From Ignavibacteriota bacterium (GTDB lineage: Bacteria > Bacteroidota > Ignavibacteria > UBA10030): a stretch of 64,000 nt of DNA. A model generated the notes under the pieces. The model was not told the origin of the DNA and searched no databases. It worked only from the letters and a program-made list of their open reading frames with translations. Location of the stretch: positions 864,001-928,000 of the forward strand of contig OY969585.1 in NCBI GenBank assembly GCA_963701295.1, given 5' to 3'. The translations under genes were made by a program, and so were the position numbers. Position 1 is the stretch's first letter. Each line of letters starts with the position of its first letter. Positions 21,147-29,749 of the stretch are shown in pieces.

Positions 21147-22829
21147 ATGAAGCGCCAAAGATTCTTTTCACGTCAGCCATTGCACCTGCTGCAACGTATC
21201 ACCAGCCGGCGGAATGCCATGCTGCTTGTACGATTGTTTATTTCGCTTATTGTCATTCTTGTCCTGTATTCCTTTGTATTTCATTATCTCATGCACGCCG
21301 AAGGACAAGAACACAGTATTGTCACGGGATTATATTGGACACTTTCGACCATGACAACATTGGGACTGGGTGACATCACGTTTGCCAGCGATGAGGGAAG
21401 ATTCTTTACCATCATCGTGGTATGCACAGGAATATTGTTTCTGCTCGTGTTGTTACCCTTTACAATTATTCAACTTTTTCAATCATCAGCAAGAATTCCA
21501 CGAGAGTTGCCCGAAGGGACACACGGTCACGTTGTGTTAACGGAATATAATCCATTGACAAGTGCACTTGTTGAGAGATTGCAGCGGTACAATCAGCCGT
21601 ACGCCGTATTGGTTTCTGATCTTGAAGAAGCAATACAACTTCGGGAGCAGGGAATTAAAACCGTTGCAGGAAAACTCGACGATCCTAATACATTCAAAGA
21701 AATTCGAATTGAGCATGCTGCATTTCTCGTCGCCACAGGCTCCGACATAATCAATACTTCACTAGCATACACCGTCCGCAGCGTTTCAGAAAATATTCCT
21801 ATCATTGCCGCAGCAAGTGGAGGACCGGCAGTGCGCATTTTGGAACGAGCAGGTTGCACACATGTGTTAGCGTTAGATGAAATGATGGGGCAATCACTCG
21901 CGCGCAGAATTATTGCCGGCGATGCAATGGCACATATTATTGGCCAGATCGATGACATGGTGATTGCCGAAGCGGCCGCAGCCGGAACGCCATTGGTCGG
22001 CAAAACGGTTGCACAGACTCTCGCATCGCATCTCGTTGATGCATCCATTGTTGGTCTTTGGGAGGATGGAAAGTTTTCTCTCCCCACGAGCAATACAGTG
22101 ATCACCGCGAAAAACATTCTTGTCATCGCAGGATTGCAGAATCATATTGATCGGTACAACGAGCTCTTTTGTATTTATAATATCAGCAGTGCTCCAATTT
22201 TGATTATCGGAGGCGGCAGTGTTGGATGCGCACTCGCTCAGGTATTGAAGGATCATGATATCGATTCCAGGATTATCGAAAAATCGAGAGTACTGATTTT
22301 AGATGACAAGAGATATATCCATGGCGATGCAATAGACAAACATATCTTGGAACGGTCGGGATTTTTCCAAGCTCCTGCCGTCGCGGTTACAACGCACAGT
22401 GACCCGATCAATATCTACATCACAACATATCTTCGCTATCTACGGAAAGACATCCAAATTATCAGCCGCGCAACATTGGATCGAAATATTCAGACGCTGC
22501 ATTCTGCCGGCTGCGACTTTGTTGTCTCACATGCATCTCTTGGCGCAAATAATATCTTCAACCTCTCAAAGCGCGGCAGCATTCTCATGATTGCTGAGGG
22601 GGTCGATGTATTCCGTGTGAAAACTCCTAAAGCATTGGCCGGCAAGACAATCAAATATGCCTCTATTCGTGAAGAATGCGGCTGCAGTATCATCGGAATA
22701 AACGCTAACGGGTTGCTCATGATCAATCCACATTCCGAGACAATACTTCCTTCCGATGGAAAAATGATTTTTATTGGAACAGTAGAATCTGAAGAAAAAT
22801 TTTTCAGGCAGTATCGACCGGAAGAATGA
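21147..22829 (+). CDS. Potassium-channel family protein: 2TM pore plus two RCK (TrkA_N/TrkA_C) units
   Basis: GLYWTLSTMTTLGLGD pore helix/filter, GHVVL..., IIGGGSVG second Rossmann fold, TrkA_C GKTI...IIGI. Start uncertain (21147 or 21219). Confidence 0.88.
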   Translation: MKRQRFFSRQPLHLLQRITSRRNAMLLVRLFISLIVILVLYSFVFHYLMHAEGQEHSIVTGLYWTLSTMTTLGLGDITFASDEGRFFTIIVVCTGILFLLVLLPFTIIQLFQSSARIPRELPEGTHGHVVLTEYNPLTSALVERLQRYNQPYAVLVSDLEEAIQLREQGIKTVAGKLDDPNTFKEIRIEHAAFLVATGSDIINTSLAYTVRSVSENIPIIAAASGGPAVRILERAGCTHVLALDEMMGQSLARRIIAGDAMAHIIGQIDDMVIAEAAAAGTPLVGKTVAQTLASHLVDASIVGLWEDGKFSLPTSNTVITAKNILVIAGLQNHIDRYNELFCIYNISSAPILIIGGGSVGCALAQVLKDHDIDSRIIEKSRVLILDDKRYIHGDAIDKHILERSGFFQAPAVAVTTHSDPINIYITTYLRYLRKDIQIISRATLDRNIQTLHSAGCDFVVSHASLGANNIFNLSKRGSILMIAEGVDVFRVKTPKALAGKTIKYASIREECGCSIIGINANGLLMINPHSETILPSDGKMIFIGTVESEEKFFRQYRPEE

Positions 22830-22915
22830 ATGCTTCTTATCCCTCATAGAATCCTTGAAACGAGTTTCCGCAACGATTCTAACGAATTCTCATATCAGCT
22901 ATTTCCGATTGACAT

Positions 22916-24109
22916 TTAGCTGTCTTTTTCAAGAATAAAGGCTGCATCAAGTTCAAACAATAATTCATCCCTGCATACATCCGCCACGACACATACGGAA
23001 GGCGAATTAGAAATACCCATTTGTTCGATGATCTCCTGATAAATCAAAAAATCTTCTTTGCGTTTGATGAACACTGTGGCTTCGCATAGATCCTGAAGTG
23101 TCGCGCCCTCTGATGCTACTAACTCAGAAACCACGCTCAGAGTTTGCCGGATTTGAGCTGCCGGATCGCCCATAAACATACTTTTACCATGTTCGTCAAT
23201 GGAAGCCGTGCCCGAAACTAGAATCAGCTTGCTGCCAGGTTCTTTGACCACCATAGCGCGTGAAAATGCGGAACCATATCGAAAAGGGGAACGCTGTTTG
23301 ACGCCGTAAAGAGGTCGGATTTGAATGGAACTTCCCGGCGATCGATGAATGGCAAATACATCCATTATCGCGGGGAGACTGGAGAAATTTTTACCTTCGA
23401 TGCCAGTGCTAGCAGGAAGGTAAATTTGTTCTGCCTGCATTTTGGAATCGGTATTTCCAAGAAAACCGTAATCTGAATAACAGTGGTTTCTAACCGTATT
23501 AAAATCGACGTACCAATCTAAAATATCAGATATGTAAATCCACGTACGCACAACATCTTGATACGACGCGCCTTCGGCACGGAGAAGTTTCTCCGCCTGA
23601 TTGAACATGGCTTCGGACTGGGATTTTCGGTCTGCGCGTTTTGTATCTTTCGTATTTCCGCCATCAATACTCTGGAGGACGAAAAAAGTGGAGCCGTTGA
23701 GATTCCAAGCACGTCCCTTAGGAATTCCCTGGTCCAGAATTGTCCAAATACGGGTTTCCGAGTCGAGTTTCAGAGCTCTGATCTGGACACCGGCAAATTT
23801 GTTTTCCAGACACGATTCTCCCTCAATGAAAGTGACAGGCGTATTTGTCTCCATTTTATATTTAAGAACTGCGCGGTCGCGAGCTTCGAGGATTTGCTTC
23901 TGAAGTTCAATACTGCCGAAGCATCGTTCATGAATAATTTTGCTCTCGAAAGCAGATAATAGTTCGGCTATCCTTTTATAGATTTCCTCCGCTGATTGTT
24001 CCGGATCTGCATCCAATTTTGTAACAGAGGCACTCATAAATAACTGGTTATGGACGGATGTTACAAAAAATTTAAAGTTTGGATATAATTCAACTGAACG
24101 TTTAACCAT
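22916..24109 (-). CDS. Multi-domain RidA/YjgF-family protein (FkbO/Hyg5 chorismatase-like)
   Basis: VVRTWIYISDI, LPASTGI, SAFSRAM, LVSGTASID, VCRDELLFELDA. Confidence 0.75.
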   Translation of the reverse strand: MVKRSVELYPNFKFFVTSVHNQLFMSASVTKLDADPEQSAEEIYKRIAELLSAFESKIIHERCFGSIELQKQILEARDRAVLKYKMETNTPVTFIEGESCLENKFAGVQIRALKLDSETRIWTILDQGIPKGRAWNLNGSTFFVLQSIDGGNTKDTKRADRKSQSEAMFNQAEKLLRAEGASYQDVVRTWIYISDILDWYVDFNTVRNHCYSDYGFLGNTDSKMQAEQIYLPASTGIEGKNFSSLPAIMDVFAIHRSPGSSIQIRPLYGVKQRSPFRYGSAFSRAMVVKEPGSKLILVSGTASIDEHGKSMFMGDPAAQIRQTLSVVSELVASEGATLQDLCEATVFIKRKEDFLIYQEIIEQMGISNSPSVCVVADVCRDELLFELDAAFILEKDS

Positions 24110-24146
24110 TTACTTCCTTCATTTAGCGGTTCATCATACTCCATTT

Positions 24147-25727
24147 CTATGGAGTTTTCACCTGTACATCAGACTTTGCCTTACCGTTGTTTTTGTTTTG
24201 GATTACATTCGAATCTAATTTTGCTGTCAGAGCATCCTTTTCCGAAAAGGCGGCCTTCGCAAGAGTTTGTGGACTAATATGAATTGGCTCTTTAGTGAAT
24301 TCCGGAACGTTATAGAGTTCTAAACAGGTTTCGTAAAATAAAGGATTCTCTTGTGGGAGGACAAACGGTTTGGATGCATTTCCCAACGAATCAATGTGAC
24401 TAAAATATGGCATGGTAAATAAATTATCGTATCGTTTGCTCGAAAATACAATCCATTGACTGTTACTTGACCATGAATGAAACGAATCGGCTCGATCGCT
24501 GTTTATATCTAACTTCTTCCATTTGCCACTTGTTAAGTCCAATAAATATAAATCGGCGCTAGGAAGATAGATCGGGAACTGGCTGTATTGAGCTGCTGTG
24601 AAGAGAACAAAGCGGCCATCGGGTGAAACCCTTGGTTCGGTAATACTTAATCCAATCTCAGCGGAAGAAATTACAGTTTCGAGCTTCCCCCAGGTACGAC
24701 TTACTGGATCATAGGCAATCCTCATCAAATCGTATTTAATTTTATCGTAAGCTAAATCACTGCGTTTGTTAAGATTTTCAAACGATTCCATTTTAGGAGC
24801 GCTACAGAAATATAGGAATTTACCATCAGGTGACCAAGCAGGCCAATTTTCCATGCGCTCAGGGCTGGAAATCTCCGGTGTAGTCGTGATGGTGTTCGTC
24901 GGAATATCGTATAAAACAATGTCCGAATACCGGTCAAGTACATCGCGACATTCACCCGTCTGGTGGAAGAACAGCTGTAATTTGCTGACTGCAAACGCAA
25001 TTAATTCACCGGACGGATGCCAAGCTGGATAAGCAGTTGCTCCGTTGAACTTAGTTTTCGTATCGATTCTTCGAACTTTGCCGTCCACGATTAACAGCAT
25101 TGAAGTACTAGGCGCCCCCCGTAAATGGAGAAGCCATCGATCGGTTCCGTTCTTCCAGAAATTGTGACAGTTCATACAATTGTTCGACGTCAACTCGTTG
25201 AGAAGAATTGGCTTTTCGTCAAAGGTCTCGAGGCTACGCTGAAAAATACCCATTTTTCTAAAATGGTTAAACAGGGGACCGAGTTTTCGATACACAAGAT
25301 AGCCATCCATGGATTCCTGTGCGATCCGGTTCACCACGGAATCGAAGCGAATCCATTGATTAGCTTGATTCTTTATAAAGATGTCCAAGATTAGTTGTTG
25401 TCCAAGGTTCTCCGCGAGCAGCTGTTTCCAAGATTCCATAGGAATCTGGATGTTGCCGGAACTGTTTTGAATTCGAATCGGATCCCCTCGTTTGGATCGA
25501 ATCCGGACGAAATACTCTTGACCAGATTCTTTAATGGAAAAATTAAGAGGTGCGATGTTGGGAGGAATTTCTATGCCGAAATAATCGGGCTCAATGCTCG
25601 CAAGTCGGCCAATGGATTGGACGTCCGTTCTTCCCTCCGGTGTCGTTGAACATCCTGCACACAGAAAGAGAATCCCAACAAATGAAATCCAGTAAACAGC
25701 TGTTTTGATATTACTATTGATATTCAT
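24147..25727 (-). CDS. TolB-like (PD40 beta-propeller) lipoprotein with a CxxCH motif
   Basis: Lipobox CAGC; IPPNIAPLNF; NCMNCH; YPAWHPSG, WPAWSPDG, PRVSPDG, HSWSSNS repeats. Confidence 0.85.
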   Translation of the reverse strand: MNINSNIKTAVYWISFVGILFLCAGCSTTPEGRTDVQSIGRLASIEPDYFGIEIPPNIAPLNFSIKESGQEYFVRIRSKRGDPIRIQNSSGNIQIPMESWKQLLAENLGQQLILDIFIKNQANQWIRFDSVVNRIAQESMDGYLVYRKLGPLFNHFRKMGIFQRSLETFDEKPILLNELTSNNCMNCHNFWKNGTDRWLLHLRGAPSTSMLLIVDGKVRRIDTKTKFNGATAYPAWHPSGELIAFAVSKLQLFFHQTGECRDVLDRYSDIVLYDIPTNTITTTPEISSPERMENWPAWSPDGKFLYFCSAPKMESFENLNKRSDLAYDKIKYDLMRIAYDPVSRTWGKLETVISSAEIGLSITEPRVSPDGRFVLFTAAQYSQFPIYLPSADLYLLDLTSGKWKKLDINSDRADSFHSWSSNSQWIVFSSKRYDNLFTMPYFSHIDSLGNASKPFVLPQENPLFYETCLELYNVPEFTKEPIHISPQTLAKAAFSEKDALTAKLDSNVIQNKNNGKAKSDVQVKTP

Positions 25728-27570
25728 TTTGACTATCCGATTGCCTTGAAGAGGGTTTGACGAACATTAAATAATACCAATAGGTGTCGCCAAACCGTAT
25801 TTTCAGATCTTGCTGCGCGCTGTATTTGTCCCCCTTATGTTTGCGAAAAATTTGTTCGTATTCAATAAATCGATTGTAGTTGAGCGGATGAACCAATTGT
25901 TTCAACTGACCCAGATCGAATTTTGGAGTCAATGCCGCGTTGACCATCAGCGCTTCCTGAACGTGGCGAGGAATTTTGAAAGATGTCATAGTACCTATAA
26001 ACGAAATATGATTCCAAATTTCCTTTACATTGCCATTTAATAAATAATATGCGATTAGATATTCGAGCGCCATTTTATTTCTAGGATTCTGCTTCAACAA
26101 CAACCCCAGTTCACGTAAGGACGTTCCTCCGAGCGAGATTAAATCCTCAACCGGCATGCACGAATAAATGTATTTGTACTCGCTGGTGAAAGCGAGTTCC
26201 GATGGATTTTCATTGAGCCGTATGAGATTCTCTGCGGTTTTTTCCTTGAAAGGAACTTTCTTCAGATTCAGGAAAAACCGGTTGGCTGCCTTATGATCAC
26301 CCTTCATCATATATACCATCCCGAGCCGTTTTAAAAGATCGGGAGTGGGCCCCCTATGCTCGAGAGCTTCGTGTGCCCAGTGTTGAGATTCGTTGACCAG
26401 CCCCAGTTTCCAGCTTAAATTGCTCGCTTCTTCCGGCCATGCGAGACACCATGTTTGATTCATTAGAAGGCCCGCAGTTCCTCTAGATTGAGGATAGGCA
26501 AACATACTATCTAGAAGCATATCTGTTTGAAAGAGGGCAAGGTTAGTTTGACATGAAAGTAGAGGATTCTCGTTCGAACAGTGCTGAGTCAACTCGAACA
26601 CGTCTGTCCAATGTTCCTCACGCACAGCTCGGTTGACTTGGAGGACAAGCTTTTTTATATCGCTGGTAGATTCCTTCGCTAACAGAATAGTTCCACTTAA
26701 CAAGAAGAGTGTTCCTACTGTCCATCTCCAGACATAGGCAGGTTTGACAAATTTTTTAAATGGTTTCCGAATTCCAGGTAACTTCGCGATCGAAGCGATT
26801 ATAAGTGTTAGCAGAAAAAAAGCGGGGAGACTATATGCAATGATCCAGGATTCGATCGGATTTTCAAAAGTTAGGTTATGCAGATAAGATTGTCTCAGAG
26901 TGATGAGAAAAACAGACATATATGCCACGAAGGGCAGAAGGGCAGAAATCAACAGAAGTAAAAGGCCGCTTACAATCTTTCTCCTGAAAAGAAGATCCTC
27001 CAATCCGCAGAGAACGGCAAACATCAGAAAAGCGCCACCAGTGGTCCAATATAATAAAACGGTGATGACCAAACCTAATCCGATACGAATCACCGGCTGT
27101 TTCGGTGACCAACGAATGAATAAAACCAAAAAGAATAAATTAATGATTATTGCCAATGAGGCGCTCAGATTAAAATCGTAATTGCTATAAAGAACGAGTA
27201 ATAAACCAGCCGGAATCAAATGGAATGTATGAATTGGACGATTTTCGGTCATGGTTTCTATCCATTTTCTGGTTAAAAACCCAACTATCCAAAAGCAAAT
27301 TGTTAAGACTAAGGCACTTAAAAAATTGGAAAACCAGAATTGCATTAAAAATGCCGAGAGCCAATCGACCAACCCTCCTGGGATTTTTAAAAAGTCACCC
27401 AGAAAACCGATCCCTTTTAAGAAGACAGGTGGGTGCGCTTCGAGAATAAGAACAGGACGAATTCGAAGCAACAGGTAAAAGAAGCACGCCACAAAAACAA
27501 GGCACTCTTGAACCCAAGTACTTACGTATGTGAATCCATGTTTTTCACTAGAGCGGGACATTTTTTTCAC
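25714..27570 (-). CDS. DUF6057-like polytopic membrane protein with TPR-like C-terminal domain
   Basis: PGG..WLSAFLMQF, about 9 TM segments, NLAL...F.YPQ, NKMALEYL, FGDTYWYY; overlaps the downstream gene. Confidence 0.75.
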   Translation of the reverse strand: MKKMSRSSEKHGFTYVSTWVQECLVFVACFFYLLLRIRPVLILEAHPPVFLKGIGFLGDFLKIPGGLVDWLSAFLMQFWFSNFLSALVLTICFWIVGFLTRKWIETMTENRPIHTFHLIPAGLLLVLYSNYDFNLSASLAIIINLFFLVLFIRWSPKQPVIRIGLGLVITVLLYWTTGGAFLMFAVLCGLEDLLFRRKIVSGLLLLLISALLPFVAYMSVFLITLRQSYLHNLTFENPIESWIIAYSLPAFFLLTLIIASIAKLPGIRKPFKKFVKPAYVWRWTVGTLFLLSGTILLAKESTSDIKKLVLQVNRAVREEHWTDVFELTQHCSNENPLLSCQTNLALFQTDMLLDSMFAYPQSRGTAGLLMNQTWCLAWPEEASNLSWKLGLVNESQHWAHEALEHRGPTPDLLKRLGMVYMMKGDHKAANRFFLNLKKVPFKEKTAENLIRLNENPSELAFTSEYKYIYSCMPVEDLISLGGTSLRELGLLLKQNPRNKMALEYLIAYYLLNGNVKEIWNHISFIGTMTSFKIPRHVQEALMVNAALTPKFDLGQLKQLVHPLNYNRFIEYEQIFRKHKGDKYSAQQDLKIRFGDTYWYYLMFVKPSSRQSDSQNEYQ

Positions 27571-27754
27571 TTATGTATCAATGAAAGTATTTATTTAAAA
27601 TATACGATTTAATAGCAAGTTTTCAAAGAAGTGTTTCGATTTTTAATTTGTTTTCTTATAATTTTACACTAGGATTGATTTTTTTGTGCTTCAGAACGGA
27701 TTATTATTGCCGTTTAAATTCACTTTTGGGTGAGTACCCATTGAAAATGTATAT

Positions 27755-27783
27755 TTGCATTCCTTCACACTTTCGAGTATTTT
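27755..27783 (+). promoter_or_regulatory. Candidate sigma70 promoter for fba
   Basis: TTGCAT-N17-TATTTT. Confidence 0.5.
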
Positions 27784-27929
27784 AAAGAAGAGTCGGTACG
27801 GCAAAGCCACTCCGTATCGCTCAATACCATAAGCGGTCTCTCATTTTTTTCTGATTCTGAGAGAACCTATTCTTTTTCCATGGTGTTATTAATAATGTGG
27901 CTTCACTCGGAATAACAGAAGATTACTTT

Positions 27930-28922
27930 ATGACAACATACAAAGAATTAGGATTGGTGAATTCGAAAGAATTATTCCAAAAAGCAATTGAAGGTGGATA
28001 TGCAATTCCAGCCTTTAATTTTAACAACCTGGAACAATTACAGGCAATTATCAGTGCATGTGTTGAAACCAAATCGCCTGTGATTCTTCAAGTATCTAGC
28101 GGTGCGCGTAAATATGCCAACCAAACCTTGTTGAAGCACCTCGCAAAAGGCGCAGTGGATTATGCGAAGGAATTGGGCTATGCTATTCCTATCGTGCTAC
28201 ACCTGGATCACGGCGATACTTTTGAACTCTGCAAGTCCTGCATCGAGTCCGGCTTCTCCTCGGTTATGATCGACGGCTCGCATTACCCTTATGACAAAAA
28301 CGCAGAAGTCACTAAGCAGGTGGTTGAATATGCACATAAGTACAATGTAACAGTGGAAGGCGAGCTGGGCGTGTTGGCTGGCATCGAAGACGAAGTCTCC
28401 AGCGCTGTAACACATTATACGAAACCGGAAGAAGTAGAAGATTTTGTGAAGAAGACCGGTGTGGATTCGCTGGCAATTTCCATCGGCACATCGCATGGCG
28501 CTAATAAGTTCAAGCCGGAACAATGTACACGCTCGGCAGATGGTGTGCTCTTGCCGCCACCGCTTCGTTTTGATATTTTGGAAGAAGTGGAAAAACGGAT
28601 CCCTGGATTCCCTATCGTTTTGCACGGTGCTTCTTCAGTGCCGGCTGAGCTGGTGAAGATCATCAACGCGAATGGCGGTAAGCTGAAAGATGCAGTTGGA
28701 ATTCCTGAAGACCAGTTGCGCAAAGCAGCGGCATCGGCAGTCTGCAAAGTGAACATTGATTCGGATGGCCGATTAGCAATGACAGCGGCAATTCGTAAAG
28801 TCTTTGTTGATAGTCCGGCTGAATTTGACCCACGCAAATATCTTGGCCCAGCACGTGATCAACTTAAGGCGCTCTATAAGCATAAGATCGTGAATGTGCT
28901 TGGCAGTAATAATAGAGCGTAA
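27930..28922 (+). CDS. fba: Class II fructose-1,6-bisphosphate aldolase
   Basis: PAFNFNN, LHLDHG, SVMIDGS, VEGELG, IGTSHGA, VLHGAS, KVNIDSD, FDPRKYL; start at ATG 27930. Confidence 0.96.
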   Translation: MTTYKELGLVNSKELFQKAIEGGYAIPAFNFNNLEQLQAIISACVETKSPVILQVSSGARKYANQTLLKHLAKGAVDYAKELGYAIPIVLHLDHGDTFELCKSCIESGFSSVMIDGSHYPYDKNAEVTKQVVEYAHKYNVTVEGELGVLAGIEDEVSSAVTHYTKPEEVEDFVKKTGVDSLAISIGTSHGANKFKPEQCTRSADGVLLPPPLRFDILEEVEKRIPGFPIVLHGASSVPAELVKIINANGGKLKDAVGIPEDQLRKAAASAVCKVNIDSDGRLAMTAAIRKVFVDSPAEFDPRKYLGPARDQLKALYKHKIVNVLGSNNRA

Positions 28923-28944
28923 CCATATTATCAAGTGTAAACAG

Positions 28945-28967
28945 AAATCCCGCCTTGTGCGGGATTT
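28945..28967 (+). terminator. Terminator hairpin after fba (possibly bidirectional)
   Basis: AAATCCCGC-N5-GCGGGATTT between convergent genes. Confidence 0.7.
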
Positions 28968-29030
28968 AGTTATGCTTTGACAGGGAATAATTCTTAATCT
29001 GAGTTTACTTTAAAGATATGCAGGAAGCAT

Positions 29031-29618
29031 TCAATCCTTTTTCATAAGCCACTCGCGCAATAGTCTATCCTCTTCCTTTTTGTTCATTGCACTATCTTCC
29101 TCTCGGACATTAAGATCCTTAAATATTTTTCTTGCCCTTGCACGAAAAGCAGGCGTACCATATGGAAGCATTTGATGCACAAGGACATGCAGTTCTTTCA
29201 ACAAATCAGGTTCTTTCTTAGCTATGTTCGCCAAGACAGTCATTGCAAATGCTTGTGGAGCAACAGCGGCTTTTGTATCGGAAATAAAGTTGAAACATAT
29301 ATTCGCGACTGTTCCCTTGAGCGATGCCGGTATTTCTACATATTGTAATATACGTAACACATTGCGTTGGATAGCACTATGGATACTTGGTTCCTGCATT
29401 TTTTTTATCATCGGTTTCAACCACGGTCTAGCCAACTCCAGGTGGCGCTCACAACAATGTCCCACTACCCATGCGGAACGCCTTGAAGTATCTTGATCAC
29501 CATTCAAGAACAATTTCATCAAGTGTGCAAACCGTTTTGAATCTGTTCCGATCCATCTGATAAGTTTTTCAACCTGAGGTTTAGAGCGAAGGATTTTTAT
29601 TTCTGATTCAAGTTCCAT
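29031..29618 (-). CDS. Conserved hypothetical alpha-helical (ARM/HEAT-like) protein
   Basis: 195 aa all-helical pattern (RSAWV, RNVLRILQ, AFAMTVL, AFRARARK). Confidence 0.7.
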   Translation of the reverse strand: MELESEIKILRSKPQVEKLIRWIGTDSKRFAHLMKLFLNGDQDTSRRSAWVVGHCCERHLELARPWLKPMIKKMQEPSIHSAIQRNVLRILQYVEIPASLKGTVANICFNFISDTKAAVAPQAFAMTVLANIAKKEPDLLKELHVLVHQMLPYGTPAFRARARKIFKDLNVREEDSAMNKKEEDRLLREWLMKKD

Positions 29619-29683
29619 ACAGGTATAAATTGCCGAGAAAATTCTATTTGATCAAGAACCATAACCTCTCCTGACGGTAAAAT

Positions 29684-29711
29684 AAAAAGGGACGTCTTGC
29701 TGAACGTCCCT
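29684..29711 (-). terminator. Rho-independent terminator after sppA
   Basis: AGGGACGT-N8-ACGTCCCT followed by TTTT on the minus strand. Confidence 0.7.
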
Positions 29712-29749
29712 ACAAAAGCTAATTTTCTTACTTCATCTTTTTATTATAC

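Noticed and set aside
27797-27815. ACGGCAAAGCC resembling part of a c-di-GMP-I riboswitch
   Set aside because: The upstream GGCAAAC...GAAA P2 stem and the rest of the consensus are missing.
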